From a virus, in the IMG/VR virus record IMGVR_UViG_3300029112_000175, positions 1,552-65,551 of that record: 64,000 nucleotides of DNA; one strand, 5' to 3'. The notes beneath the pieces are model-generated. The model searched no databases, was not told the origin of the DNA, and saw only the letters and a program-made list of their open reading frames with translations. The translations under genes and the position numbers were made by a program. Positions within the stretch are counted from its first letter, which is position 1. Every line of letters starts with the position of its first letter. Below are positions 18,860 to 28,737 of this stretch, piece by piece.

Positions 18860-18976
18860 TCTGAAACGGACGTTTCATTAGTCTTCTGTGAATAACATAT
18901 CGGTAACCGAATCAACATCCCAATTGATCTCACCCATATATTCTCCATTTTCTGTCCATAATTTAGCATTCAACAT
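18856..18976 (-). CDS. small peptide gene(s) immediately upstream of the radical-SAM gene (two overlapping candidate frames)
   Basis: Frame A (18878..18976) gives MLNAKLWTENGEYMGEINWDVDSVTDMLFTED, 32 aa and acidic. Frame B (18856..18969) gives MLNYGQKMENIWVRSIGMLIRLPICYSQKTNETSVSE, 37 aa. Frame B has SD GGAG 9 nt upstream, and its TGA overlaps the radical-SAM ATG. Confidence 0.35.
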
Positions 18977-19037
18977 ATCTCCATTTTCTTCTAATGTTAA
19001 ACGTTTCCCACTCTCTAAAATAAAATCTAATATAATT

Positions 19038-19685
19038 TTACACCTCTATTTTATCGCTAATTGTTTTTAAACTATCCAGAAATTGTTTCATCCAAAGATT
19101 CTTCATTTCAGCATCTTTGATAGCTTCCTGCCAACGTTGATACGCACTTTTTACATTATCTTTTTCGTATTGCTTTTTATCATCTAAATACTCTTGTACT
19201 TCTTCATCTGTCCAAAATAATCCTGCATTATCCATATCTGCACTGCGTTTGTACCTTTGTAGGTCTCTGTCTGAAACAATGCAATAATCAATTTGATCTA
19301 AAGCAAATTTTTTTATTTCTTCATGATCAGCTGTGAGAGGAATCCACTTTAAGATTTCTTCTTTAATTTTTAAGTATTTTTTGTTGTTTTCAACACATTC
19401 TTTATAATACCTTCTGGAAGACTCTGCTTCTCTTTTATAAGCCTCAATTATATCCTGTTTTGCTTCTTCATAAGTCCTCAGCTGAATTTCATTATACCCT
19501 CTTACGGCTTTTTCATATTGCTGTTTATAATACGGATTAACTTCAAAATGAGTAGGTGTAGGAACCGATAATGGTTCATCTCTTAAATCCGAAGCAATTC
19601 CAAAATTTCTTGTACAGAGCTTTAGAAAATCTGCTCCATTTGTAATTGTTCCATCTTTTATAAATTCTGTATAAAGTGTTGGCAT
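19038..19685 (-). CDS. hypothetical protein
   Basis: ORF in array. Confidence 0.4.
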   Translation of the reverse strand: MPTLYTEFIKDGTITNGADFLKLCTRNFGIASDLRDEPLSVPTPTHFEVNPYYKQQYEKAVRGYNEIQLRTYEEAKQDIIEAYKREAESSRRYYKECVENNKKYLKIKEEILKWIPLTADHEEIKKFALDQIDYCIVSDRDLQRYKRSADMDNAGLFWTDEEVQEYLDDKKQYEKDNVKSAYQRWQEAIKDAEMKNLWMKQFLDSLKTISDKIEV

Positions 19686-19697
19686 AAACGTACCTCC

Positions 19698-20246
19698 CTA
19701 CAAAATTTCATCTACAATTCCATATTTGAACGCATCGCATGAATGAATATAAAAATCTTTTTTCTTTTCACGAATATCATCGATATCCTCTTTGGTAAGT
19801 TTGGTTCTTTCGATTACATATTCTTCAATTTCTTTGTTCATTAAATCTTTTTCGGTTCTGTCTTCAACATGATCTTGATATTTTCCACTACTATAATAAT
19901 GCATTTGATGATACATAAATGTAGAATGTTTATAACAATATCTTTTATGCCCAGCAAGAAAAATCTTAAAAGCTGCACTCATTGCGTATCCAGTGCAATA
20001 TGTATAAACAGGAGTCTTACTATTCTGGATTACATCAATTAAACCCCACATATCATAAACAGCACCGCCATATGAATTGATATAGAGTTTAATCGGTTCT
20101 CTCTTATAATCCTTTTCTTTCTTATCTTTTTCATCATCTTCTGCAATTTGATATAAAATACTCCACGTAAGTTGTCCAATAGAAGAATTATCTACATCGT
20201 CTGATAAAAAATATAATCGCTTTTCAATGTTTGTGTATGTATTCAT
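19698..20246 (-). CDS. ClpP-family serine peptidase-like protein
   Basis: YINSYGGAVYDMWGLID...YCTGYAMSAAFKIFLAG gives the Ser site. MYHQMH gives the His site. Spacing is ClpP-like. Confidence 0.55.
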   Translation of the reverse strand: MNTYTNIEKRLYFLSDDVDNSSIGQLTWSILYQIAEDDEKDKKEKDYKREPIKLYINSYGGAVYDMWGLIDVIQNSKTPVYTYCTGYAMSAAFKIFLAGHKRYCYKHSTFMYHQMHYYSSGKYQDHVEDRTEKDLMNKEIEEYVIERTKLTKEDIDDIREKKKDFYIHSCDAFKYGIVDEIL

Positions 20247-20256
20247 TTATACTCCT

Positions 20257-20526
20257 TTAAATACCATTAATTTCCTTAATTAAATCCAATCGCTCATTAC
20301 ATACTCTGTTTATATATGACAGACAAGCATTCTTTAATCTGTAAATTTTTTGGAACTCCCGTTCTATTTCAGCTTCATACTTTTTCTTCTCTTCATCGGT
20401 AAGAGATTCCCACCATTTATTCCGAAGATATTGCCTGTACCATACAATAGCATCCCATCCACGGATTAAATGCCAGTTATTCCTTTTCGTTTCTGCGTAC
20501 CACATCATGTCAAACACCTTCTCCAT
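20257..20526 (-). CDS. hypothetical protein
   Basis: ORF in array. Confidence 0.35.
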   Translation of the reverse strand: MEKVFDMMWYAETKRNNWHLIRGWDAIVWYRQYLRNKWWESLTDEEKKKYEAEIEREFQKIYRLKNACLSYINRVCNERLDLIKEINGI

Positions 20527-21034
20527 ACTCTAACATGTACTGATTAACCATATCTAACCAATCACAAAATTGTGAAACTTCGTCTTTCTTAAGCCAGAAT
20601 CTAAATCCTTGATTCGTCCAATTGTTGAATACCTCAAATTTATAAATATTATGTTTTTTATTATCAAAATCATAACATTTTTTTCTTTCAATTTTCCAAT
20701 CACCAGCAGGTTGTCCCATAGTTGGATAATCAAAAGTTTTACCAGTATTCACAACATCTTTGATTATTGTTGATAAATCTGGTAACATACTGCATTCATC
20801 CATTGACATATCAAAAAGTTTTTTGGTGCTTCTAGGTTGGATACTATTTTGGTCATTGCTTTTATAATATTGTCGAATTATAACCCAAGAATAATATACT
20901 TTATATACCTTTTCCCAATTCGTTGGTGGATCATCATTAAAACTGTGTACATGTGAACTTCTAGGATAGAAACGAATAACGTCCCTATAAAGACACTTAT
21001 CATCATAAATTGTAAAATCAAATTTACGCTTCAT
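20510..21034 (-). CDS. hypothetical protein
   Basis: ORF in array. Confidence 0.4.
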   Translation of the reverse strand: MKRKFDFTIYDDKCLYRDVIRFYPRSSHVHSFNDDPPTNWEKVYKVYYSWVIIRQYYKSNDQNSIQPRSTKKLFDMSMDECSMLPDLSTIIKDVVNTGKTFDYPTMGQPAGDWKIERKKCYDFDNKKHNIYKFEVFNNWTNQGFRFWLKKDEVSQFCDWLDMVNQYMLEYGEGV

Positions 21035-21046
21035 ACACTTATTCTC

Positions 21047-21289
21047 CTACACCATCTCAGGATATTCACTAAACATCTCAAAGAATTTACTCTCATCGTT
21101 CTTATCAGAACACCATAACTCTAATTCTTCACCGTACTCTCCTAGCAGTTTTGCAATAGCAATGTACTGCGTTAGCTTAGATTTGAGATTAAGTTTGTCT
21201 CCATATACCGATGTCAAGATCACATCTCCACTACACTTATCTACTGTTGCCAGAAAGGCTTCTACATCTTTAATATTTTTGATTTTCAT
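21047..21289 (-). CDS. hypothetical protein
   Basis: ORF in array. Confidence 0.35.
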   Translation of the reverse strand: MKIKNIKDVEAFLATVDKCSGDVILTSVYGDKLNLKSKLTQYIAIAKLLGEYGEELELWCSDKNDESKFFEMFSEYPEMV

Positions 21290-21468
21290 TTATTTATTCT
21301 CCTGTTTTTGCAATTTACACTTCCGCCAGCATCAATATCTCCCGTAACATTTCCACATGATACAGAACCTCCGGCATTAATATCACCAACACATCCTGAT
21401 ACATTGCAAGAACCTCCACAACTAATCATTTCTGCATCACCATTAACCGTAACTGATCTATTCTCCAT
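21286..21468 (-). CDS. bactofilin-like beta-helical repeat mini-protein
   Basis: Tandem repeats SGCVGDINAGGSVSC and GNVTGDIDAGGSVNC. Confidence 0.35.
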   Translation of the reverse strand: MENRSVTVNGDAEMISCGGSCNVSGCVGDINAGGSVSCGNVTGDIDAGGSVNCKNRRINK

Positions 21469-21877
21469 CTTTTATAAACTCAACTTCTCCATTACAGTTG
21501 CTACGCATTTCCCAGCCTTTCATAGTAACATAAGTCTGTTTGTATCCATATTTCTTTCTCCACTTTTTGTTTATTCTCTTCTTTTTATGTCTTCTACACT
21601 GAACAACTTTAGAAACCTGAATATCATACTTATCTGGCATTTTTGCTTCATCAAGGCCAAGTATTTTACAAAGTTCATCTGTATCTAACGGTTTTTCGAA
21701 ATTAAGAGCACATGTCCCTCTTTTCCCTCGATTCATAAGTTCACCTTTAAAATTCACAGTATCTTTTTGATTGATTGTAAGATCTATACTCTTAACATCG
21801 TTAGCTTCTCCAAGCTTTTCATTAGTTTCAGCGTTGAACATGCAAAATAAATTTCTACCTTCTGTTTTAACTGGCAT
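21458..21877 (-). CDS. hypothetical basic protein
   Basis: ORF with a Lys/Arg-rich segment. Confidence 0.4.
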   Translation of the reverse strand: MPVKTEGRNLFCMFNAETNEKLGEANDVKSIDLTINQKDTVNFKGELMNRGKRGTCALNFEKPLDTDELCKILGLDEAKMPDKYDIQVSKVVQCRRHKKKRINKKWRKKYGYKQTYVTMKGWEMRSNCNGEVEFIKDGE

Positions 21878-22082
21878 TATTGTCCTCCAAATATTTCTTC
21901 ATAATCTCACATGCGAGTACACATGCTTCATTGATTTTGCTCATAACTTCGTTATCTGATAATCCGTCTTCTCTCATCTGATAAATCACACCTGCAGATG
22001 TTTTAGGGTATAAAATCCAAATCGCTTCTTCTACTGTCATACAATCTTCTCCATATCGTAGTTCTCTCGAATATAGTCGCAT
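21867..22082 (-). CDS. hypothetical protein
   Basis: ORF in array. Confidence 0.3.
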   Translation of the reverse strand: MRLYSRELRYGEDCMTVEEAIWILYPKTSAGVIYQMREDGLSDNEVMSKINEACVLACEIMKKYLEDNNAS

Positions 22083-22252
22083 AATTCATTCATAGTCGTG
22101 ATAATATGCTGATCATCCTTTAATTCAGGATGTAGTTTACAATAACAGGAATTTTCAGGACCATCCTGGCGGAACTTCTGTAGATTAAAACCAATCCACA
22201 ATAATGGGATCTTTGTGAAATTACGAGTTAATAATTTTGAAATGAATTTCAT
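22037..22252 (-). CDS. hypothetical protein
   Basis: ORF in array. Confidence 0.3.
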   Translation of the reverse strand: MKFISKLLTRNFTKIPLLWIGFNLQKFRQDGPENSCYCKLHPELKDDQHIITTMNELCDYIRENYDMEKIV

Positions 22253-22280
22253 TGGTTCGCACCTCCTATAGTATTATTCT

Positions 22281-22820
22281 CTAATGTAAATAATTTTTTA
22301 GATAATATTCAAAGTACCCTCGAATGAATAATCCTGAATACTGATTATTCGGCATAAACATAACTGGAATATTATATTTGAACCAAAAACTATGAATCGA
22401 AGCCCAAAATGACTTCTTATTATATTGTGTGTTATAATTACCAGTTGCTATATCTGAATAATTGGCATTCTCAATCAATAACACTTTTATAGGTGGAGCA
22501 AGGCATAATTCTTTTTCAAATCGATCCCTACCCTGTGTTAAATTGCCGCTGATTTCTTCCAAACTGGCTTTTCGTTCCACTACTACCTGTTTATCAAAGT
22601 ATAAAGCTCTTGGGATAGATAGCTTTTCATTAGCTGGCAGCATGAAGCTATAGTCTCCATAATTAAGTGCTTTCTTTTTATATTTGATTTCTTTTCTGTC
22701 GAAATAATCTGTGATATGATTCGCTTGCTTTTCGCGTGTATCGATAAGGATAGTGATGGAAGAGATTAACTCTTCCATCTCCTTATCTGTATATTTGAAA
22801 TTATTAATCATCTTCCTCAC
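22281..22820 (-). CDS. ERCC4/XPF-type (Hef/Mus81-like) nuclease
   Basis: ILIDTREK, GDYSF and VVVERKASLEEISGNLTQGRDRFEKE fit the GDY...ERK...GR..Q nuclease signature. Confidence 0.45.
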   Translation of the reverse strand: MRKMINNFKYTDKEMEELISSITILIDTREKQANHITDYFDRKEIKYKKKALNYGDYSFMLPANEKLSIPRALYFDKQVVVERKASLEEISGNLTQGRDRFEKELCLAPPIKVLLIENANYSDIATGNYNTQYNKKSFWASIHSFWFKYNIPVMFMPNNQYSGLFIRGYFEYYLKNYLH

Positions 22821-25800
22821 CGTCCTCTACGTCATTTTTAACTACAAATTTTCCAAGCCAATATTCGAATTTATCTGGAACTTCCTTATAAATCTTCTTG
22901 CCAGTTTTAGGATTAACCTCGCCTGTTGGTTCTTTTTTATTTTTCTTTTCAAGGGATGTTATATAAAGAATCGAACCTTCGCTGAATGGATCACGGTTAT
23001 ATGCGCTTGTCCACATCTTGACTGTACGTGTTTTACCGCTATAGATTTCATAGAGGGAAATATTTACAATTGATTTTTTTACATCCAGTTCGGAAACATA
23101 ATAAATTCTTTTGTTCATAGTTGGAACTACAATATTGACAATTCCAAGAATCTCTCTTTGATTATCTAACGTTTCTTTTAATGTCAGCTCTTTGAATGGA
23201 ATTTGAGAAATTAAATAATTTAAAAGTCCTATAGAATCAACTTTATTAAACTGTTTTTCTGTTTCATGACCGTACTCTTTCAGAACTGCTAAAGATATAT
23301 TGTTTTTCTCTGCCTTTTCTTTTGAAATTTGCTTAATTCCATACAATAAATCATAATATGACATAATAGATAAAAGTGTATTAATATCTCCATATTTCTT
23401 GAAATAATTTATTCGAATCAATTTATCTACAATTGTCTTACTAATAGAATTGGATAACAAAGCTGTAATAACATCGACAAATGTACTATATTTTTCATTG
23501 CCTAACTGATACAGAGTTTCTGCAACACCTTCTCCAAAACCTTTTACACTGGATAAATTAGGATATATAATCTTATTCTCTTCATTGATGTTTACTTTTC
23601 TATTATCTGTTCCAAACTCATAGTCACCTAATTTATATCCCCAAAATTTAATTGCTTCTTTTACTAATGCGTCAATCTTATCTTTTTTATTTTTTAACTG
23701 ATAATGTCGGATTGCTTCTTCATAAAAGGTTTTTGTATGATGTGCCTTAAACCATGCTTGATATGCAGAGTCACCGCCCATCGAATAAGCATGGGGGGAA
23801 TTAAATGCATATCGAGAAGAATCCTCTATTACATTCCATACATTTTTAAAATTATTGGTATTATTGAATTCTTCTGCCCAAGAATGATTTAATTCTGTTA
23901 AAAGATGTTCTTTCTTTTCACCTTTTAATTTCTTTTTGGAGATAGATTTAATTACCCCATAAGTTTCACCCATTTTAAGGTGTAGAAAAGATAAAACCTT
24001 CATAATTGATTCCTGGTAAATCATAAAATGTGCGGTATCAGATAATAATTCATCAATCTTTTTTTCACCTGTAGTATATGGCTCTCGATTTAAAAATGTA
24101 TTAAGTAATGAAGCAAATCCTGGACGAATTGCAGCAATAAAACTACTTAACTCTGCAAGATTTTGGGGCTTGTATTTTTTTACACGATTCGTAGTCGCTT
24201 CTTTTTCACATTGATTTATACAACAAGTGATACCCTTTTCATAAATATCCCAAGTTTTTTTATCTCCATCTATCATATGTCTTAATTCATCAAAAGTAGG
24301 AACTTCCATTCCAATTGCATGAAAAAATTTATATGTTAAATAAACGCTATCTACGATAAGAAAATCCTCTTTAACATACCCAAATTCATCTAAATATCCG
24401 CCCTCAATAGCAGCGCAAATTGTTCTCTTTCCAGTAGTTTCAGAAACTGCACTGATTAGACCTACTTCTCTACGGATATCTCCATCAAAAATAAAGTGAC
24501 CACATGCATGAACTTTCAAATTAATAGTGATTCCTTGATATTCATTACTTTGTCGGAATAAATTGATATACTCAGAAGGAATATAATCTTCTACATTAAT
24601 ATTCTCTTTTTCTTCATCGTCTGCATATTTTAATGCTTTATTATATTCATCCAGATATTTTGAAATTTTATTCGCATCTTCTGGTTTTACATCATTTGCA
24701 CCAGCATATAGCTGCCATGCAGCTTTTTCTTTTAATTTTTCAATTGCCATTAATGGATAACAGCCATATTCACCAAGAAGTTTCCTAGATGCTTTTACAA
24801 ATGGTTCTTGGGTCGCAACGTTCAGGTCAATATCCGGCATTTGGCCTGCCAATACACGTTCTTTTGTCAAGAAACGTTCAGGATAAATAGGGATATCTGC
24901 ATTAAATCGATCCACAGTAGTAAGACCCAATAGTTTATTTGTAATAAATGAAGCAGCACTACCTCTGGATGTAGTTGTTAAAATACCTCCTTCATTATTT
25001 ACAGCATCATCAACGATAGCTTTACTTGTTAAGAAATAATCGACAACACCTGCTTCCATTACTTGTTTTGCTTCATATCTGGCACCATCGGCTTTTTCTT
25101 TTGACTTCTCTTTTTCTTTAGAATAAGCTTTATTTAAAATATTTTTATAGATATTACATTTTTCATCATATGTTTTATCCTTGTGGACGCTTGGTATTTT
25201 GAACTTTTTATCAAAAATAATATCCTCACACTCAGATACAAAAACATTTGTATTCATAATTGCAATCAGAATTTCCTCATCCGTCAAAATTCCTTGTTTT
25301 TTAAATCTTTTAATTACTGTCTTTGTATCAGGATAATCCATGTACCAACCTGTTTCTTCTGGATATGTAATATTTTTATATTTAAGAATCTGATCACGTT
25401 TTACTGAATTTTCTTCTGAAATATAATGACTATCAAGACCACAAATAATTTGAATATCATTTTCTTTTGCAATTCTAATAATTTTTTTGTTTAATTCCTT
25501 CTGTATATCAGTGTCATGATATTGGAGTTCTAAAAAGAAATTATCTCCAAAATACTGATGAACTTTTAACCAAATTTTTTCTGCATCACCATAATTCCAA
25601 CCTGCGATACATGCAGATGTGACGATTACATTATCTTTTGGAATATTAAATAATAACTCTAAATCTATCCTGGGTTTATAATAATAACCATCGATGTTTG
25701 CCATAGATAAAGCAAAATTAATATCCTCACGACCTTCCGCATTTTTCGCAGCTATAATCATATGGCAATTCGCACGATCTTTTTCTTTTCTATCTTTTAC

Positions 25801-26127
25801 CCAATAAGCTTCAGTTGAATGAATATATTTTAAATGTTCTGCTTCTGCTACTTTATATACTTGGAATTGGTTGCCCTGAGACCCGTGTTCTCCTGAATAC
25901 AGACATTTTGTATTAAATTCTTTTATTCTCTTTGCATAATTCTCAATAAATTCAGCACAATCTGGTGTTGACGTATTGCTAAAATCTTTATGGCAATGAT
26001 AATTCTCAAGATATAAATTCTTTGCATAATCTTCTGCTGAATATGGAAACTTAAATTTTAATGTTGGAATGATTTTTTTTACTAAATCAAGATCAAAAAT
26101 ACTAATCAGCCTCCCCAATCTCATCAC
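22804..26127 (-). CDS. DnaE-type (Pol III alpha-like, PHP domain) replicative DNA polymerase
   Basis: N-terminal PHP motif NYHCHKDFS...SGEHG. Palm motif LAGQMPDIDLNV corresponds to the MPDFDVDF catalytic aspartates. 1107 aa. Confidence 0.7.
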   Translation of the reverse strand: MMRLGRLISIFDLDLVKKIIPTLKFKFPYSAEDYAKNLYLENYHCHKDFSNTSTPDCAEFIENYAKRIKEFNTKCLYSGEHGSQGNQFQVYKVAEAEHLKYIHSTEAYWVKDRKEKDRANCHMIIAAKNAEGREDINFALSMANIDGYYYKPRIDLELLFNIPKDNVIVTSACIAGWNYGDAEKIWLKVHQYFGDNFFLELQYHDTDIQKELNKKIIRIAKENDIQIICGLDSHYISEENSVKRDQILKYKNITYPEETGWYMDYPDTKTVIKRFKKQGILTDEEILIAIMNTNVFVSECEDIIFDKKFKIPSVHKDKTYDEKCNIYKNILNKAYSKEKEKSKEKADGARYEAKQVMEAGVVDYFLTSKAIVDDAVNNEGGILTTTSRGSAASFITNKLLGLTTVDRFNADIPIYPERFLTKERVLAGQMPDIDLNVATQEPFVKASRKLLGEYGCYPLMAIEKLKEKAAWQLYAGANDVKPEDANKISKYLDEYNKALKYADDEEKENINVEDYIPSEYINLFRQSNEYQGITINLKVHACGHFIFDGDIRREVGLISAVSETTGKRTICAAIEGGYLDEFGYVKEDFLIVDSVYLTYKFFHAIGMEVPTFDELRHMIDGDKKTWDIYEKGITCCINQCEKEATTNRVKKYKPQNLAELSSFIAAIRPGFASLLNTFLNREPYTTGEKKIDELLSDTAHFMIYQESIMKVLSFLHLKMGETYGVIKSISKKKLKGEKKEHLLTELNHSWAEEFNNTNNFKNVWNVIEDSSRYAFNSPHAYSMGGDSAYQAWFKAHHTKTFYEEAIRHYQLKNKKDKIDALVKEAIKFWGYKLGDYEFGTDNRKVNINEENKIIYPNLSSVKGFGEGVAETLYQLGNEKYSTFVDVITALLSNSISKTIVDKLIRINYFKKYGDINTLLSIMSYYDLLYGIKQISKEKAEKNNISLAVLKEYGHETEKQFNKVDSIGLLNYLISQIPFKELTLKETLDNQREILGIVNIVVPTMNKRIYYVSELDVKKSIVNISLYEIYSGKTRTVKMWTSAYNRDPFSEGSILYITSLEKKNKKEPTGEVNPKTGKKIYKEVPDKFEYWLGKFVVKNDVEDGEEDD

Positions 26128-27700
26128 AAACTGCTTTTAACACAAACTTCCTACCCAAAAATCCACTATCAAGTCCACATACCACTTCCAACTTATCATT
26201 CATCATCGCATGATCGTCCATCTCATCAAATGATCCATCAAAATTCCATTTAATAATCAGAAGATAGTCATTCGGCTTAATAGTCAGATGCTTATGGTCG
26301 CTCATATTTCCGATTTCATACTCATTAATGCCATCAATAAATGCACGTATAGGCTTAAAATTTGTACCAGAAATATAATCTATCTTCTTAATATTCTCTA
26401 CTAAACGCCTGGTAACATCGGTTACGTCTAACTGAATATCTACATTAATAACTGGTTCTTTAAATTCTGGAAGATGTGTCTCGATATAAGACAAGAATTT
26501 TTCAAGATTTTCTTTTTTAATTTGGATACCAGCGGCAAGTTCATGACCATCTACTTGTGCCAGTCCACTTTCATTACAAATCGCTCTAAAATCATCGACT
26601 CCTACTGCCCGCATAGAACCGGCATAAATACTTCCAGCATCCTTTAAAACCAAGATAGGACGTTGATACTTTTCAAGAAGTTTATTGCCTAATAATCCTG
26701 AGATTCCATATGGAGTATCAATAAAAACTGTAATTATTTTATTATTTGACTGTTTCTCACATTGCTCTAATACATCTGGTAGTAGTCTCTTTACTTCTTC
26801 ATCCTGATCAGTTTTACATTGCTTTAGCTGTTTCACATAAGCTAATGCTTCTTTATTATCATCCGTCAGAAATGCAGCCATAGCAATTTCATTTCTACCC
26901 ATACGGTTTGCTGCATTGATTAATGGTGCAATACTAAAAGCAATAGCTGTGGAATTAAATTCAAAACTGCCAACAATCTTCTTAATTGCAATAGTTCGAA
27001 TCTTCTCAAGACCTTTCGATACAATATATCGATTTTCCATAACAGTCATATCCATCATATCGCCTACGAGACCTACAGCTCCAAGATCTACTAATTCATC
27101 TGCATAAGATGTATGATTGAAAAAGTCTAAGTATTTACAGAACTTCCATACTACGCCTGCTCCTGATAACTGTGGGTTTCCATAATGCCTCTGAGATGAT
27201 ATCAGAATAACATACTCATCATATGGCTCGGTTTCTTTGATTGCATGGTGATCCAGAATAATGATATCAACACCAACTTCTTTTAATTTCCTGTATTGTG
27301 ATACATCTTTGTCCAAACTATCTACAATAATAAGTAAATCCAATTTCATAAATTGCTGTAGATCCTGACCTATAAGACCATGCTGCTTCCCCTGATCAAT
27401 AAACGTCTGGATATTATTCGTATAATTCCTTGAATAACGTGTCATAATTGCACCAGATCCCACACCATCAGTGTCTGTATCGAACAATATTCCAATCAGT
27501 TCATTATCACGGAATGCTTTAATTACTCTTTGCGCTGCCTCTTCAATTCGATACATCGAATCTAACGGCAATAGATCATCTTCTGTAGGATTAAAGAAAT
27601 GATCAGGATCTGTAATACATCTCTGCTCAAGAATTGTCTCAAGTACCTCTTCTTCATCCATTCCTCTACAATCATTTAAAATATTATAGTTCTTCTTCAT
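26102..27700 (-). CDS. DHH/DHHA1 phosphoesterase (RecJ-like exonuclease)
   Basis: DTDTDGVGSG, IIILDHHAI (DHH) and DGHELAAGI (the GGGH-type DHHA1 motif). Confidence 0.55.
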   Translation of the reverse strand: MKKNYNILNDCRGMDEEEVLETILEQRCITDPDHFFNPTEDDLLPLDSMYRIEEAAQRVIKAFRDNELIGILFDTDTDGVGSGAIMTRYSRNYTNNIQTFIDQGKQHGLIGQDLQQFMKLDLLIIVDSLDKDVSQYRKLKEVGVDIIILDHHAIKETEPYDEYVILISSQRHYGNPQLSGAGVVWKFCKYLDFFNHTSYADELVDLGAVGLVGDMMDMTVMENRYIVSKGLEKIRTIAIKKIVGSFEFNSTAIAFSIAPLINAANRMGRNEIAMAAFLTDDNKEALAYVKQLKQCKTDQDEEVKRLLPDVLEQCEKQSNNKIITVFIDTPYGISGLLGNKLLEKYQRPILVLKDAGSIYAGSMRAVGVDDFRAICNESGLAQVDGHELAAGIQIKKENLEKFLSYIETHLPEFKEPVINVDIQLDVTDVTRRLVENIKKIDYISGTNFKPIRAFIDGINEYEIGNMSDHKHLTIKPNDYLLIIKWNFDGSFDEMDDHAMMNDKLEVVCGLDSGFLGRKFVLKAVCDEIGEAD

Positions 27701-28709
27701 CCATATCTCCTGTCACTGTAATTTCATTTTCTAATATGTACTCAAATTTTTCTATTCCCATATCCGTGGGAGAAACTTTTGGAGCATAATATGATTTTGT
27801 CCAATCCCAATATCCAATTTCAAATTCTGAAAATCTGGAATAATGACGTAAAATGTCTAAATTCTTTTTAATGTTCTCATATTCATATCCCTGGTCGTGC
27901 ATAAAAATAACTTTCTTAGGATGTGCCTCAATTATCAGCTTCGCCTGTTGAGAACTTAAACTGCCACTCATTAGTGCTACTGCATTTCTATATCCATACG
28001 AATGACATTGAAGGACGAACTTTTCGGCTTCTCCAACTAGAATTGTGTTCCCCACAAGATGAGGATAATTCTGGCAATATCCAAATAAAGTGGTGCTGCA
28101 TCTGCCAGGATGAGAATAGAAATATTTCATCTCTCCATCTGGAATATCATAATTAAAGCGTTCCTTGGTCCCGATTAGTTCTCCATACTCATTTCTAATA
28201 GGAATAACAATTCCCTGTGACTCAATATCATATCTAATGCCAAAATACCGTTGGGACGCTAATGAAATGTGATCTTTTAGAAACCTTAGATTACCATTGA
28301 AGGCAAAAGAATTTAGAATATCTTCATCATAAACTTTAGATTTACTTATAATTCGTTTTCGTATCTTCTCATAAAATCCGCCAAAAATTCCTCTTTTATC
28401 AAAATACTCTGAATAATCAGTGATATTAAGAACTTTCTTTACTTCATTTAAAACATCAATGAATTCCACATGACGTTGATTGGTGATATATGAGAAGATA
28501 TCTGTCTGAATATTTCTGGCATAATCATGAACATAAAGCCAGTTATTGTTTTCCAGCTTTATAGTAATACTCTTTTTAGAAGATTGTTCATCTCTTCCGA
28601 ATTGCATATATGTAGGTCTTATTACTATGTTACAGTATCCATAATGCTCTAAAACGTCCTTTATTTTTTCTGGATCTTTTAACAGTTCTTTTTTAATATC
28701 TTCTAACAT
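27684..28709 (-). CDS. putative primase (Toprim-like C-terminal domain)
   Basis: TILVGEAEKFVL...KVIFMHDQGYE resembles the Toprim E...DxD arrangement. Located between exonuclease and helicase. Confidence 0.35.
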   Translation of the reverse strand: MLEDIKKELLKDPEKIKDVLEHYGYCNIVIRPTYMQFGRDEQSSKKSITIKLENNNWLYVHDYARNIQTDIFSYITNQRHVEFIDVLNEVKKVLNITDYSEYFDKRGIFGGFYEKIRKRIISKSKVYDEDILNSFAFNGNLRFLKDHISLASQRYFGIRYDIESQGIVIPIRNEYGELIGTKERFNYDIPDGEMKYFYSHPGRCSTTLFGYCQNYPHLVGNTILVGEAEKFVLQCHSYGYRNAVALMSGSLSSQQAKLIIEAHPKKVIFMHDQGYEYENIKKNLDILRHYSRFSEFEIGYWDWTKSYYAPKVSPTDMGIEKFEYILENEITVTGDMDEEEL

Positions 28710-28737
28710 ATATCACCACCAAGTTGTTATTTTATTT

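Noticed and set aside
17948-18869. The repeated 14-mer TCATTCTGAAACGG as evidence of a large duplication.
   Set aside because: Only 14 nt are shared, and flanks diverge immediately. Chance 13-14-mer matches are expected at this genome size. Retained only as a junction motif within the radical-SAM finding.
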